31,504 nt of DNA, from contig NC_008696.1 of assembly GCF_000015225.1 (NCBI RefSeq), forward strand, positions 1-31,504. Direction: 5' to 3'. This DNA comes from Thermofilum pendens Hrk 5. GTDB taxonomy: Archaea > Thermoproteota > Thermoprotei > Thermofilales > Thermofilaceae. Positions 22,082-28,872 of the stretch are shown piece after piece. The notes below the pieces were generated by a model. The model was not told where the DNA came from, made no database searches, and was given only the letters and a program-made list of their open reading frames with translations. The position numbers and the translations under genes were made by a program. Position 1 is the first letter of the stretch. Every line of letters starts with the position of its first letter.

Positions 22082-22660
22082 ATTCCTCGCCTAGAATATA
22101 CGCCTAAGCTTAAAACGTGGTATTAGTAATCGACGTTATTAATCGACTCTGGGCTAAAAGAAGTTAGCCAAAATCGCCTATTAGCAATGGCTATAGCCAA
22201 TAGCAGTAGCCATTAGCTATAGCCATTAAGCATTAGAAAAAGAGTCGAATCGCAATTCGACTAAAGGCTATTAGCCCAAAAACGAAACAAAATTCGACTC
22301 TTACGCTATTATTCGAATTGTCAAAACAAAAATCGACGATAGCCTATTAGCCTTTAGGCTAAACGCTTATCGACTCTTACTAATCGACAAAAAGCTAGCC
22401 GAATTTAGCCTAAGAGTAAACGACTATAGGCTAAAGCTCTTTAGCCTATTGGCTATTAGCCCAAAAACGAATAGCCATTCGACTATAGGCTATTAGCCCA
22501 TTGGCTAAAGGCTATTCGACTCTTACGCTATTAGCCCCTATTCCTCTCGCTCTAGCCCCTATTAGCCCTAGCCCTATAGCCCCGTAGAGGTAGAGGAAAA
22601 GGCGAAAACCCTCTAGCCCCTAGGCTAGCCTGTATCCCTTCTTTCCTCCTTTTTCTTTTT
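22082..22660. repeat. Repeat-dense, visibly AT-richer non-coding region; putative replication origin with iterons
   Basis: No credible ORF. The 19-mer TTCGACTCTTACGCTATTA occurs at 22293-22311 and 22515-22533, with variant ATCGACTCTTACTAATCGA near 22369. The 21-mer GGCTATTAGCCCAAAAACGAA occurs at 22266-22286 and 22451-22471. There are at least 8 copies of CTATTAGC(C). The region lies immediately upstream of the helicase gene. Confidence 0.55.
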
Positions 22661-22722
22661 GTTTTTCTTTTCCCTTCTTTTCCAATTTCGCGGAATTGGA
22701 AATGAGGTTTCGGGGCTTTCGT

Positions 22723-22770
22723 GGGGCTTTTGGGCTATGCCGCGAGCCCGTTTACCCCCGTTTCTCTCCC
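22723..22770 (-). repeat. Partial inverted copy (C) of arm A
   Basis: ggggcttttgggctatgccgcgagccc... is the reverse-complement counterpart of the arm core. Confidence 0.6.
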
Positions 22771-22993
22771 TAGCCCCCCTCTGTATCCCCCCTCCCGTAT
22801 ATTGCTCCCGCGACGGGGCGTTTTACACCGATAAAACGAAACAGGGGAAGCCTCCCGTTTTTTCCCTTTTCGCAAAATTGGAAAAAGCGGAGAAACCTAA
22901 AGGAAAAAAGCGCTTAAAACTAGGGCCTGTAAAACGCAATTTTCCCCTCGAACCCGGGGCTAAAGCCCAAGGGCTAGACCCCCTCCGTTAAAC

Positions 22994-23091
22994 CCCCCTC
23001 TTACGGGGCTTTTGGGCTATACTCTGAGCCCCACAGAAACGGCGAAAAAACGGGGGGCTAACCGATTTTGTACCCGGGGCTTTTCCCGAGG
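22994..23091 (-). repeat. Inverted-repeat arm D (98 nt)
   Basis: ccccctcttacggggcttttgggctatactctgagccccacagaaacggcgaaaa...cccggggcttttcccgagg. Confidence 0.8.
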
Positions 23092-23096
23092 AAAAC

Positions 23097-23123
23097 GCGA
23101 GAAAAAAAGAACAGTTTTAGGGG
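23097..23123 (-). terminator. Conserved 3' block / oligo-T terminator (minus strand CCCCTAAAACTGTTCTTTTTTTCTCGC)
   Basis: Directly follows the stop of 23125..23532 and contains a T7 run. Confidence 0.6.
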
Positions 23124-23124
23124 T

Positions 23125-23532
23125 TTACCTGAGGATGCCGCGCTCCCGGGCTATTTTCTCTATTGGGGGAAACGTGTGTTCAAAGCTTGTCCCCAGCCAC
23201 GTCAGAAACTCGCAGTACTCGCTTTCGAAGCCGTCGGTCTCCAAGGCGCGTATCATGCGGTAGTACTGCTCCATGTAGCTAGCCCTGACGAGGATTGTGT
23301 TCTTGAACCCGTAGGCGCATACGAGAGCCTTGAGAGCCCCGAGGAAGTCAACCCAAGCCTGAAGCCCCTCCTCTTCAGCCTTCTTCTGAAGCTCCTCTAT
23401 CTCGTCGATGAGGACGGGTACGTTGACGTCGTTGACCTCGCGGATGGTGTGCACGAGCATGTCTAGGAAGGTGTGCTTGAGGACTGCGCGGCTAGCGTCC
23501 TTGATTTTATCGGCGAATTTCTCGTAGACCAT
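23125..23532 (-). CDS. Hypothetical protein (135 aa), cassette gene 1
   Basis: Type-B promoter block lies upstream and a conserved 3' block lies downstream. Confidence 0.65.
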   Translation of the reverse strand: MVYEKFADKIKDASRAVLKHTFLDMLVHTIREVNDVNVPVLIDEIEELQKKAEEEGLQAWVDFLGALKALVCAYGFKNTILVRASYMEQYYRMIRALETDGFESEYCEFLTWLGTSFEHTFPPIEKIARERGILR

Positions 23533-23555
23533 GGCTTTTCGCCGAGAATAGAGTA

Positions 23556-23606
23556 AAACGGGGTAGCTAATAAACCTTTCGTTTTACACAAAACGGGGCT
23601 AAACGC
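23556..23606 (-). promoter_or_regulatory. Type-B promoter block copy 2
   Basis: aaacggggtagctaataaacctttcgttttac...ggggctaaacgc. The TATA TTTATTAG lies ~35 nt from ATG 23532. Confidence 0.75.
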
Positions 23607-23623
23607 ATGCTAGCCGCGAAAAA

Positions 23624-23639
23624 CCACAAAATTTTGTGG
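23624..23639. promoter_or_regulatory. Palindrome box copy (perfect)
   Basis: Lies ~50 nt upstream of the TATA of type-B block 23556-23606. A T5 run follows on the minus strand. Confidence 0.9.
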
Positions 23640-23693
23640 CTATTCAGCGCGACGGACTCTCCTCACACCCTCGGTAGCCGAGCCTCATCACAC

Positions 23694-23723
23694 GCGAGAG
23701 AGAAAAAAGAACGATTTTAGGGG
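23694..23723 (-). terminator. Conserved 3' block / oligo-T terminator
   Basis: gcgagagagaaaaaagaacgattttagggg follows the stop of 23724..24191. Confidence 0.6.
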
Positions 23724-24191
23724 TTATTCTTCGCAAAAGCCTTCCCAATCCTCCTCTTCCTCCTCCCAGTCCTCCTCGGCGCCTAGGTAGTAGTTGACGA
23801 TGTCCTCGAAGTCCTCGTGGAATTCGACCATCACGTGAATGTCTAGGTCGCTCCACAGCTCAATGACCTCGCCGACGTATCCGAGGAACCACAGGATAAC
23901 CCCGTCTCCTTCAGCCCCCTCCCAGACCTTCAGCTCGTCGTGCTCCTCTATTATGTCCTCGAAAAACTCGCCCTCCCAAATCTCCCTGAGGTGGACGATT
24001 GCGAAGGTCTTGTCCTCGGCGTAGTCGTGACCAAAGGTAAGGACGTAGTCGTAGATATGCTCGGGTGCGGCTAGGTACACGCGCACGTACCTGACGGGGG
24101 AATCGACCTTCTTCAGCTGTGCTCCCCTGTAAAGCTCTCTGACCCTCTTTATCTGCTCCCTCGTTTTCTCAACGGTTGTTGTCACGCTCAT
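23724..24191 (-). CDS. Hypothetical acidic protein (155 aa) with EEDWEEEEEDWEGFCEE tail, cassette gene 2
   Basis: Type-B promoter block lies upstream and a conserved 3' block lies downstream. Confidence 0.65.
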   Translation of the reverse strand: MSVTTTVEKTREQIKRVRELYRGAQLKKVDSPVRYVRVYLAAPEHIYDYVLTFGHDYAEDKTFAIVHLREIWEGEFFEDIIEEHDELKVWEGAEGDGVILWFLGYVGEVIELWSDLDIHVMVEFHEDFEDIVNYYLGAEEDWEEEEEDWEGFCEE

Positions 24192-24203
24192 AGCGGGGTA
24201 TAG

Positions 24204-24257
24204 AACGCGGGGGTAGCTAATAAAGGTTTCGCTTTATTTTTCACGGGGGCTAAACGA
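24204..24257 (-). promoter_or_regulatory. Type-B promoter block copy 3
   Basis: aacgcgggggtagctaataaaggtttcgctttat...gggggctaaacga, upstream of 23724..24191. Confidence 0.75.
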
Positions 24258-24383
24258 AAGCATTTTGTAGCAAATCAGAGCTGTAGGCTCTCCTCACGGC
24301 TCGGCGCCAAGCATGCTCATCACGCGGTTCAACACCGAAACCCTGTTTCGGTCCGAAACTAGAAAAAAGCTTCGAGCGAAAGA

Positions 24384-24412
24384 GCGAGAGAAAAAAAGAG
24401 TAATTTTAGGGG
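24384..24412 (-). terminator. Conserved 3' block / oligo-T terminator
   Basis: gcgagagaaaaaaagagtaattttagggg follows the stop of 24413..24997. Confidence 0.6.
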
Positions 24413-24997
24413 CTAATACTCCTCGTCCTCCCAGTCCTCCTCATCCCAGTCGATGGGCTCGTATTCCTCTCCGTAGTCGTCGAAGTCCTCTTCTTCCTCT
24501 TCGCTAGCCGAGTCGTAGCAGACGCGAGAAGAGTCACACTCGCAGGGTAGCTCGTCCTCGTCTCCGGGCTTCTCCCAGTAGGGTCTAAGAGTGCCCCAGT
24601 CGAAGCCCTCGATAAGCTCCAAGGCTTGAGCCAAGGAGAGCCTCCTGTAGACCCATACCTCGGTCACGATTTCCTCCACAGCCCTCTGAAGCCACACGGG
24701 GGCACACCTAGACGCTTGAACCTTCACCCACCTTTTGCCACCGCGACGGAAGAGCCCCACGTAGACGGCGCGCCTGACGACCGTGCTGTCCGTGATGCCG
24801 TCTCTTCGCCACACGTCGAAGGTGCCCGGTACTCTGAAGCGGTGCTCGCCTATGCGTCCGGCGCAGTAGCCGCCGTCTCCGCAGGGGTAGATGCCGCGCC
24901 ACACGGCTAGCCGTGTGGCTCGGTAGCTCTCGACTGCGTGCTCGGTGCACAAGCCCTGCCTGTCGTCGCAGTTGACCCAGCAGTCTAGTAGGCTCAT
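24413..24997 (-). CDS. Cys-rich protein (~194 aa) with an acidic Trp/Tyr tail, cassette gene 3
   Basis: I prefer ATG 24997 (GTG 25006 is the alternative), ~32 nt from the TTTATTAG TATA. The N-terminus has 6 Cys. The tail is EEEEEDFDDYGEEYEPIDWDEEDWEDEEY. Confidence 0.65.
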   Translation of the reverse strand: MSLLDCWVNCDDRQGLCTEHAVESYRATRLAVWRGIYPCGDGGYCAGRIGEHRFRVPGTFDVWRRDGITDSTVVRRAVYVGLFRRGGKRWVKVQASRCAPVWLQRAVEEIVTEVWVYRRLSLAQALELIEGFDWGTLRPYWEKPGDEDELPCECDSSRVCYDSASEEEEEDFDDYGEEYEPIDWDEEDWEDEEY

Positions 24998-25015
24998 GCT
25001 TATCACGTAAGAGTG

Positions 25016-25066
25016 AAACGGGGTAGCTAATAAACCTTTCGTTTAACTTTTCTCGGGGCTAAACGC
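25016..25066 (-). promoter_or_regulatory. Type-B promoter block copy 4
   Basis: aaacggggtagctaataaacctttcgtttaacttttctcggggctaaacgc, upstream of 24413..24997. It directly abuts the DpdA-like stop. Confidence 0.75.
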
Positions 25067-25848
25067 TAAAAGAACGATAAAATCGAGGGCTGAGACCCCC
25101 ACCTCCTCGCTATCTCCTCGTAGCGCGAGATATAGGCGCGTATAGCCTCAGCCCTCTCCTCGATATCGCTACACCAGCTGTTCTCGCACCACCGGTACAT
25201 AGCGCTACTATCGAAGCTGAAGAACCGCCTAGTCCTCCCAGCCACGCGCGCCACAGCCCTGAGGCTCGGCCCGAAGACGTGGAAAGGCTTAGCCGTCACG
25301 GAGTCAAAGGCTAGAATCATCTTAGCCAAGACCCCCCACCTATTGCTGGCACAGGTGGGGCCCAAGGCTACAAGCTCGAACTCGTCGTATAGCTCCCTGT
25401 TCTCCGAGTACACCCTGACGGGGCTCAAGGGGTCGTCCTTCTTACCCTGCACCACGGCTACAGCCGTGCCCGGCAGGCTATCGACGCGCGTCAGCCACCG
25501 CTTGATGCTCTCTAACGTCTTCTCGACGTTGAGGGGGTAGAATTGCTCCATCCCCGGGTAGTCCGAGGGGTAGTCCGGAATCACGTAGTAGAACTCCTCG
25601 ACCCTAGCCTGAGCGTGAACCCTAGAGATGAACCTAGCATAGCCGTACTCGAAGCCCGAGGGGTACTCGAAGCCCCCCGACTCCTTAAACACCTTGTGGA
25701 CACCCGTATCGACTAAGACGCCCTCAGGTCTACACTTCTTCAGCCACTGCTCCCAGTCGTAGTACACGTATGGATTGACAACTACATGGGGGTAGCACAC
25801 CCCAGCGCTCCTCAACCTACTCACGCTTATGTAGAGCCGCGGAACCAC
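25066..25848 (-). CDS. dpdA: tRNA-guanine transglycosylase (TGT) superfamily protein, DpdA-like candidate DNA 7-deazaguanine transglycosylase (260 aa)
   Basis: TGT-like motifs appear in order: LVDTG (DSG position), IPDYP, VVQG (GIVQGG position), ALGP, HVFGP, FDSS (FDSAS/FDCV position). The N-terminal ISVSRL resembles DpdA N-termini. There is no C-terminal Zn subdomain. Confidence 0.65.
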   Translation of the reverse strand: MVPRLYISVSRLRSAGVCYPHVVVNPYVYYDWEQWLKKCRPEGVLVDTGVHKVFKESGGFEYPSGFEYGYARFISRVHAQARVEEFYYVIPDYPSDYPGMEQFYPLNVEKTLESIKRWLTRVDSLPGTAVAVVQGKKDDPLSPVRVYSENRELYDEFELVALGPTCASNRWGVLAKMILAFDSVTAKPFHVFGPSLRAVARVAGRTRRFFSFDSSAMYRWCENSWCSDIEERAEAIRAYISRYEEIARRWGSQPSILSFF

Positions 25849-26120
25849 GGGGAAAAAGGCGGGCTAGGCGAGAAAAAGCCAACCTTTTTGATTTTCACCC
25901 TGACGCTCTCGGCTACGTCCTCCTCGGTGTAGTGTGTCTCGCTCTCCTCGTATACGTAGAGCAGGCGGTTCCACCTCGCGATAATGTAGTCAACAGTCCT
26001 CCAGACCTCCTCCTCGCCGTTCTTGAAGGTGACGTCGCAGAACACCATGGGGAAAGAGGGCTCGCTCCAGTTGTACTCCGTTGAACGCTTGACCCTGACG
26101 GTTGTTTTCACCGCCTTCAC
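25827..26120 (-). CDS. Hypothetical protein (97 aa)
   Basis: GTG start lies downstream of type-B-like block 26134-26184. It overlaps the DpdA-like gene by 22 nt. Confidence 0.55.
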   Translation of the reverse strand: MKAVKTTVRVKRSTEYNWSEPSFPMVFCDVTFKNGEEEVWRTVDYIIARWNRLLYVYEESETHYTEEDVAESVRVKIKKVGFFSPSPPFSPWFRGST

Positions 26121-26133
26121 CGGGTTAGATAGT

Positions 26134-26184
26134 GAAAGGGCCGGCTAATAAAGCTTACGCTTAACCCTTCTCGGGGAAAAACGC
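26134..26184 (-). promoter_or_regulatory. Type-B promoter block copy 5 (more divergent)
   Basis: gaaagggccggctaataaagcttacgcttaacccttctcggggaaaaacgc, upstream of 25827..26120. Confidence 0.6.
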
Positions 26185-26217
26185 TTATATACCCCTTCAG
26201 CTATAACTCTACCGGCT

Positions 26218-26727
26218 ATGCCGATACTGGTACAGTTTGAGCGGTTCAACAGCGACGTGAAGCGCTGGATAGTCAGCTACCTATCTCCCCACGGCTGGGA
26301 GAAGCTAGCCACCCACAAGGTCTTCGTCGTAGACCCCGAGAGCGAAGAAAAAGAGGAGGAGGTGGAGGCGCCCATAGGCACCACGATACTCGTATCCGCT
26401 AGAAAGGTGGAGTTCTACGGAAACGCTAGGGGAGACGACATCGATAAGGCGGGCTACGTCAAGGTCTACGTGGACAGGTGTGGGAGCTTCCCCGTCATGG
26501 CTATCAAAGACCCAGAGAGGCGTAACAAGGACGTAGTCCTAGACACGCCCCTCGGTAGCTACACGTGCACCGAGGTCGTAGTCAACGAGGAGGAGGACTA
26601 CGTGAACGTGGCGGACGCAGAGTACATAGCCGTGGCTCTGATGGCTAGATTCGTGGCTCTGGTGCCCTCCGAGCCCTTCAAGTACAAGGCGCTGATAAGC
26701 ACCAAGGCGAAGCCCAAGCCCGAGTAA
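26218..26727 (+). CDS. Hypothetical protein (169 aa)
   Basis: GCTTATATACC lies ~40 nt upstream. A T-rich tract follows the stop. Confidence 0.65.
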   Translation: MPILVQFERFNSDVKRWIVSYLSPHGWEKLATHKVFVVDPESEEKEEEVEAPIGTTILVSARKVEFYGNARGDDIDKAGYVKVYVDRCGSFPVMAIKDPERRNKDVVLDTPLGSYTCTEVVVNEEEDYVNVADAEYIAVALMARFVALVPSEPFKYKALISTKAKPKPE

Positions 26728-26745
26728 AAACATTCTTTTTTCTTT

Positions 26746-26943
26746 TCAGCTCCTCAGAATCATGGCCGTTTTACCGCCTAGGTCGTAGACCATCCAGCTC
26801 TTAACGTCCGTGGTGACTAGATGGGGGGCTGGCTTGCCGTCCAAGAAGACCTCGTCAACCTCGAACTTGTCCTTGATCTGCCCCGAGGAGTCCAAGAGGT
26901 AGACCGTGTATCGCCCACCGTTGCGCTCTACCCTGACCCTCAT
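26746..26943 (-). CDS. Small beta-rich protein (65 aa)
   Basis: ATGA overlap with the upstream gene. Confidence 0.55.
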   Translation of the reverse strand: MRVRVERNGGRYTVYLLDSSGQIKDKFEVDEVFLDGKPAPHLVTTDVKSWMVYDLGGKTAMILRS

Positions 26944-27413
26944 CGGCTGTCCCTGTCCTCCCTTATCAGCTTAGCCGCGTCTATACCCTTCTCTTTGAGA
27001 GCCTGAGTGACCGTCTCCCTGAGCCTATCCGTCTCCTCGGCGGCGAAGCCCAAGCTACCCCACTCCTCCAGCAATGTCTCGATTGCCACCCAAGCGGTCT
27101 TGTACAAAGCCTGAAGCTTCTCCACGGTCTCGGGGCTCAAATCCCCGCTCGTGCCGGCCTCCTCTACGTGGACTATGAGGCTGGATAGATGCTTCAAGAC
27201 GCACCACTGGGGCTTCCACTTGCAAGCCCACTTAAGCTCCTTTGCAAGCTGGGCTACGAAGTCGCGCCTAACCTCCTTTATCGCGGTAGCCTCCTCGACC
27301 TCCCCCATCTCCCACTTATGCTCCTCCAAGTTTATGAGGTGCCCCAAGACCCATACCAGCTCCTCAACGGTGCCTCTACCCGGTCTTTTCTCCTCAGGCT
27401 TTTCCCCGCTCAT
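26940..27413 (-). CDS. Hypothetical helical protein (157 aa)
   Basis: I start it at the ATG at 27413 (MSGEKPEE...), 22 nt after GGCTTTATAGCCC (minus strand). The track start at 27542 would read through the TATA box and palindrome 27461-27476. Confidence 0.6.
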   Translation of the reverse strand: MSGEKPEEKRPGRGTVEELVWVLGHLINLEEHKWEMGEVEEATAIKEVRRDFVAQLAKELKWACKWKPQWCVLKHLSSLIVHVEEAGTSGDLSPETVEKLQALYKTAWVAIETLLEEWGSLGFAAEETDRLRETVTQALKEKGIDAAKLIREDRDSR

Positions 27414-27437
27414 ATGCTTGAAGGAGCTGGCGCGGGC

Positions 27438-27446
27438 TATAAAGCC
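27438..27446 (-). promoter_or_regulatory. TATA box (minus strand GGCTTTATA) for 26940..27413
   Basis: Same palindrome-TATA-leaderless-ATG architecture as the type-A cassettes. Confidence 0.6.
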
Positions 27447-27460
27447 ACCGCGCAGAAAAT

Positions 27461-27476
27461 CCACAAAATTTTGTGG
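27461..27476. promoter_or_regulatory. Palindrome box copy (perfect)
   Basis: Lies 15 nt upstream of TATA 27438-27445 of 26940..27413. Confidence 0.9.
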
Positions 27477-27606
27477 CTTTACCGTCAGCCTAAAAAGCCC
27501 CCGCGCCCCCCTATACCCGATGAAGTGGTGGAGAAAGCTCATGACGATAGGGAGCCCGATACCGCTACAAACTAGAGAAACCTACCTAGGCACCCCGCTG
27601 GAAAAA

Positions 27607-27629
27607 GAGAGAAAAAAGACTTTATTTTA
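27607..27629 (-). terminator. Related oligo-T terminator block
   Basis: gagagaaaaaagactttatttta at the stop of 27627..27818. Confidence 0.5.
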
Positions 27630-27818
27630 GAGGATTAGCTGGGGCGTGTACCCGGCTCCGCCTACCGGGCAACCCTTAGCCCGGGCTATGTTCTCGATGT
27701 ACGTAGCCGCCTGTACCTGTCCCATTAGGCGGAAGCCGTTGGCTAGGCTTTCAAGCGCCTCGCAACTGGCGAGGGCGAGGGTGTTTCTGTCGAGCTTGAC
27801 CTTGACCACGCTTGTCAC
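27627..27818 (-). CDS. Small protein (63 aa), own promoter
   Basis: CTTTAAAG lies 24 nt upstream, and GAGGT directly precedes the GTG start. Confidence 0.55.
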   Translation of the reverse strand: MTSVVKVKLDRNTLALASCEALESLANGFRLMGQVQAATYIENIARAKGCPVGGAGYTPQLIL

Positions 27819-27843
27819 CTCTTAGCTAGTCGTTGTAGGCGCT

Positions 27844-28041
27844 TTAAAGGGCGCCGATGCTGACGAAGAACGCCTTGAGCCCGCTCTCCCAGTTGGGAGC
27901 CCACTTCTGACCGACTATCTGAGCCATTCCAGCCCTGCATCTGTCAACGTTGAGACCGGGGAATATCCTTGCGGCGAACTCGCAGTACTTGACGGGGTAC
28001 TTTGCCTCGGTCTTCCTAATTATGTACTCGGGTACCGGCAT
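27844..28041 (-). CDS. Small protein (65 aa), own promoter
   Basis: AAACGAAAGCTAAAACTTATAAAC (BRE/TATA-like) lies ~33 nt upstream. Confidence 0.6.
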   Translation of the reverse strand: MPVPEYIIRKTEAKYPVKYCEFAARIFPGLNVDRCRAGMAQIVGQKWAPNWESGLKAFFVSIGAL

Positions 28042-28093
28042 GTCTGGTCACTCCCAATGGAGGGCTTCCCGTTTATAAGTTTTAGCTTTCGTT

Positions 28094-28309
28094 TTACGGC
28101 TTCACCGTGGGAGGCACGGGCTTGGTAGCCACCCTGTAGTACCCGTTACCGATGTTGCAGACGAGGACGGCTACCCTGTTCTTCTGGAACCAGAAGACGA
28201 CGCACTCGTTTGGGTTGAGCTTGCTGAAGTTGTAGTCCGCGTAGTCTGTTGTAGTCACGGGTATCGTCTCTACTAAACTCAGCCCCTGAAGCTGGAGCGT
28301 GCTCGGCAT
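28094..28309 (-). CDS. Small beta-rich protein (71 aa)
   Basis: TATTTAAAGG lies ~29 nt upstream and is shared with the divergent gene. Confidence 0.6.
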   Translation of the reverse strand: MPSTLQLQGLSLVETIPVTTTDYADYNFSKLNPNECVVFWFQKNRVAVLVCNIGNGYYRVATKPVPPTVKP

Positions 28310-28377
28310 ACCTTTTCGCCTTTAAAGGCTCCCCCCACCTTTAAATAGTTGTCTCTCCCTTCTTAGCCCGATGAGCA

Positions 28378-28872
28378 ATGATTAGCCCGATAATCCTGCT
28401 CCTGTTGATATGGCTGGGCACCAGCATAGGCATAGTGTTCGTGACCCTCAACGAGTACATCAAGGAGAACGGAAAGCTCGACGTAGCCGCCGCGTTATTC
28501 GCACTAAGAGAACTATCGGCGATTGCCCTCCAGTTCATATGGCTGATAGTCCTCCTCCACGTCTGGGGCTTCCTAGACATCAGAACCGAGCTGGGTTGGA
28601 CGGCGCAGATACCCGATTTGAGCACGCCTCAGGGGCAGGCGGCGTACGTCTTCATCTTCGCGAGTCTGGTAATCATCGCAATCCTCTACGCTGAGGGATA
28701 CGTCAACCTCGCGTTCACGGTGGCGGTGTTCAGCGGGGTAGCGATGCTCGGCTACATAGACGCCAACGTGTACTTGCAGTTGCTCGGCATAGGAGTAGCG
28801 ATGCTCGCGGTCTTCGCCTACGTCTTCAGGAGCGAGCTAGAAGAAGAGCTGAGGCGCTGGAAACTCCGTTAA
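28378..28872 (+). CDS. Membrane protein (164 aa, ~5 TM helices)
   Basis: CTTTAAATAG lies ~30 nt upstream. Product is hydrophobic. Confidence 0.7.
   Translation: MISPIILLLLIWLGTSIGIVFVTLNEYIKENGKLDVAAALFALRELSAIALQFIWLIVLLHVWGFLDIRTELGWTAQIPDLSTPQGQAAYVFIFASLVIIAILYAEGYVNLAFTVAVFSGVAMLGYIDANVYLQLLGIGVAMLAVFAYVFRSELEEELRRWKLR

Noticed and set aside
22082-22660. Possible CRISPR array, given the many short repeats.
   Set aside because: The repeats are 8-21 nt long, irregularly spaced, in both orientations and overlapping. There is no repeat-spacer periodicity and no cas genes.
22659-23466. Plus-strand ORFs 22659..22991, 23012..23263 and 23068..23466.
   Set aside because: They lie in the repeat arms and low-complexity spacer, or antisense to 23125..23532. 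They have no promoter-like geometry and their products are junk-like.
24327-24360. tRNA-like or att-core candidates (GGTTCAACACCGAAACCCTGTTTCGGT hairpin here, and the GGGGGTATACCCCC region at 7889).
   Set aside because: There is no T-loop consensus (GGTTCGAATCC type), no cloverleaf and no CCA-adjacent acceptor pairing. I could not find any tRNA or tRNA fragment, so attP remains unidentified.
24313-24507. ORF 24313..24507 (plus strand) in the spacer between cassette genes.
   Set aside because: It covers a conserved non-coding spacer and terminator block and the antisense of the next gene's acidic tail. The homologous spacer 23533-23723 has no equivalent ORF.
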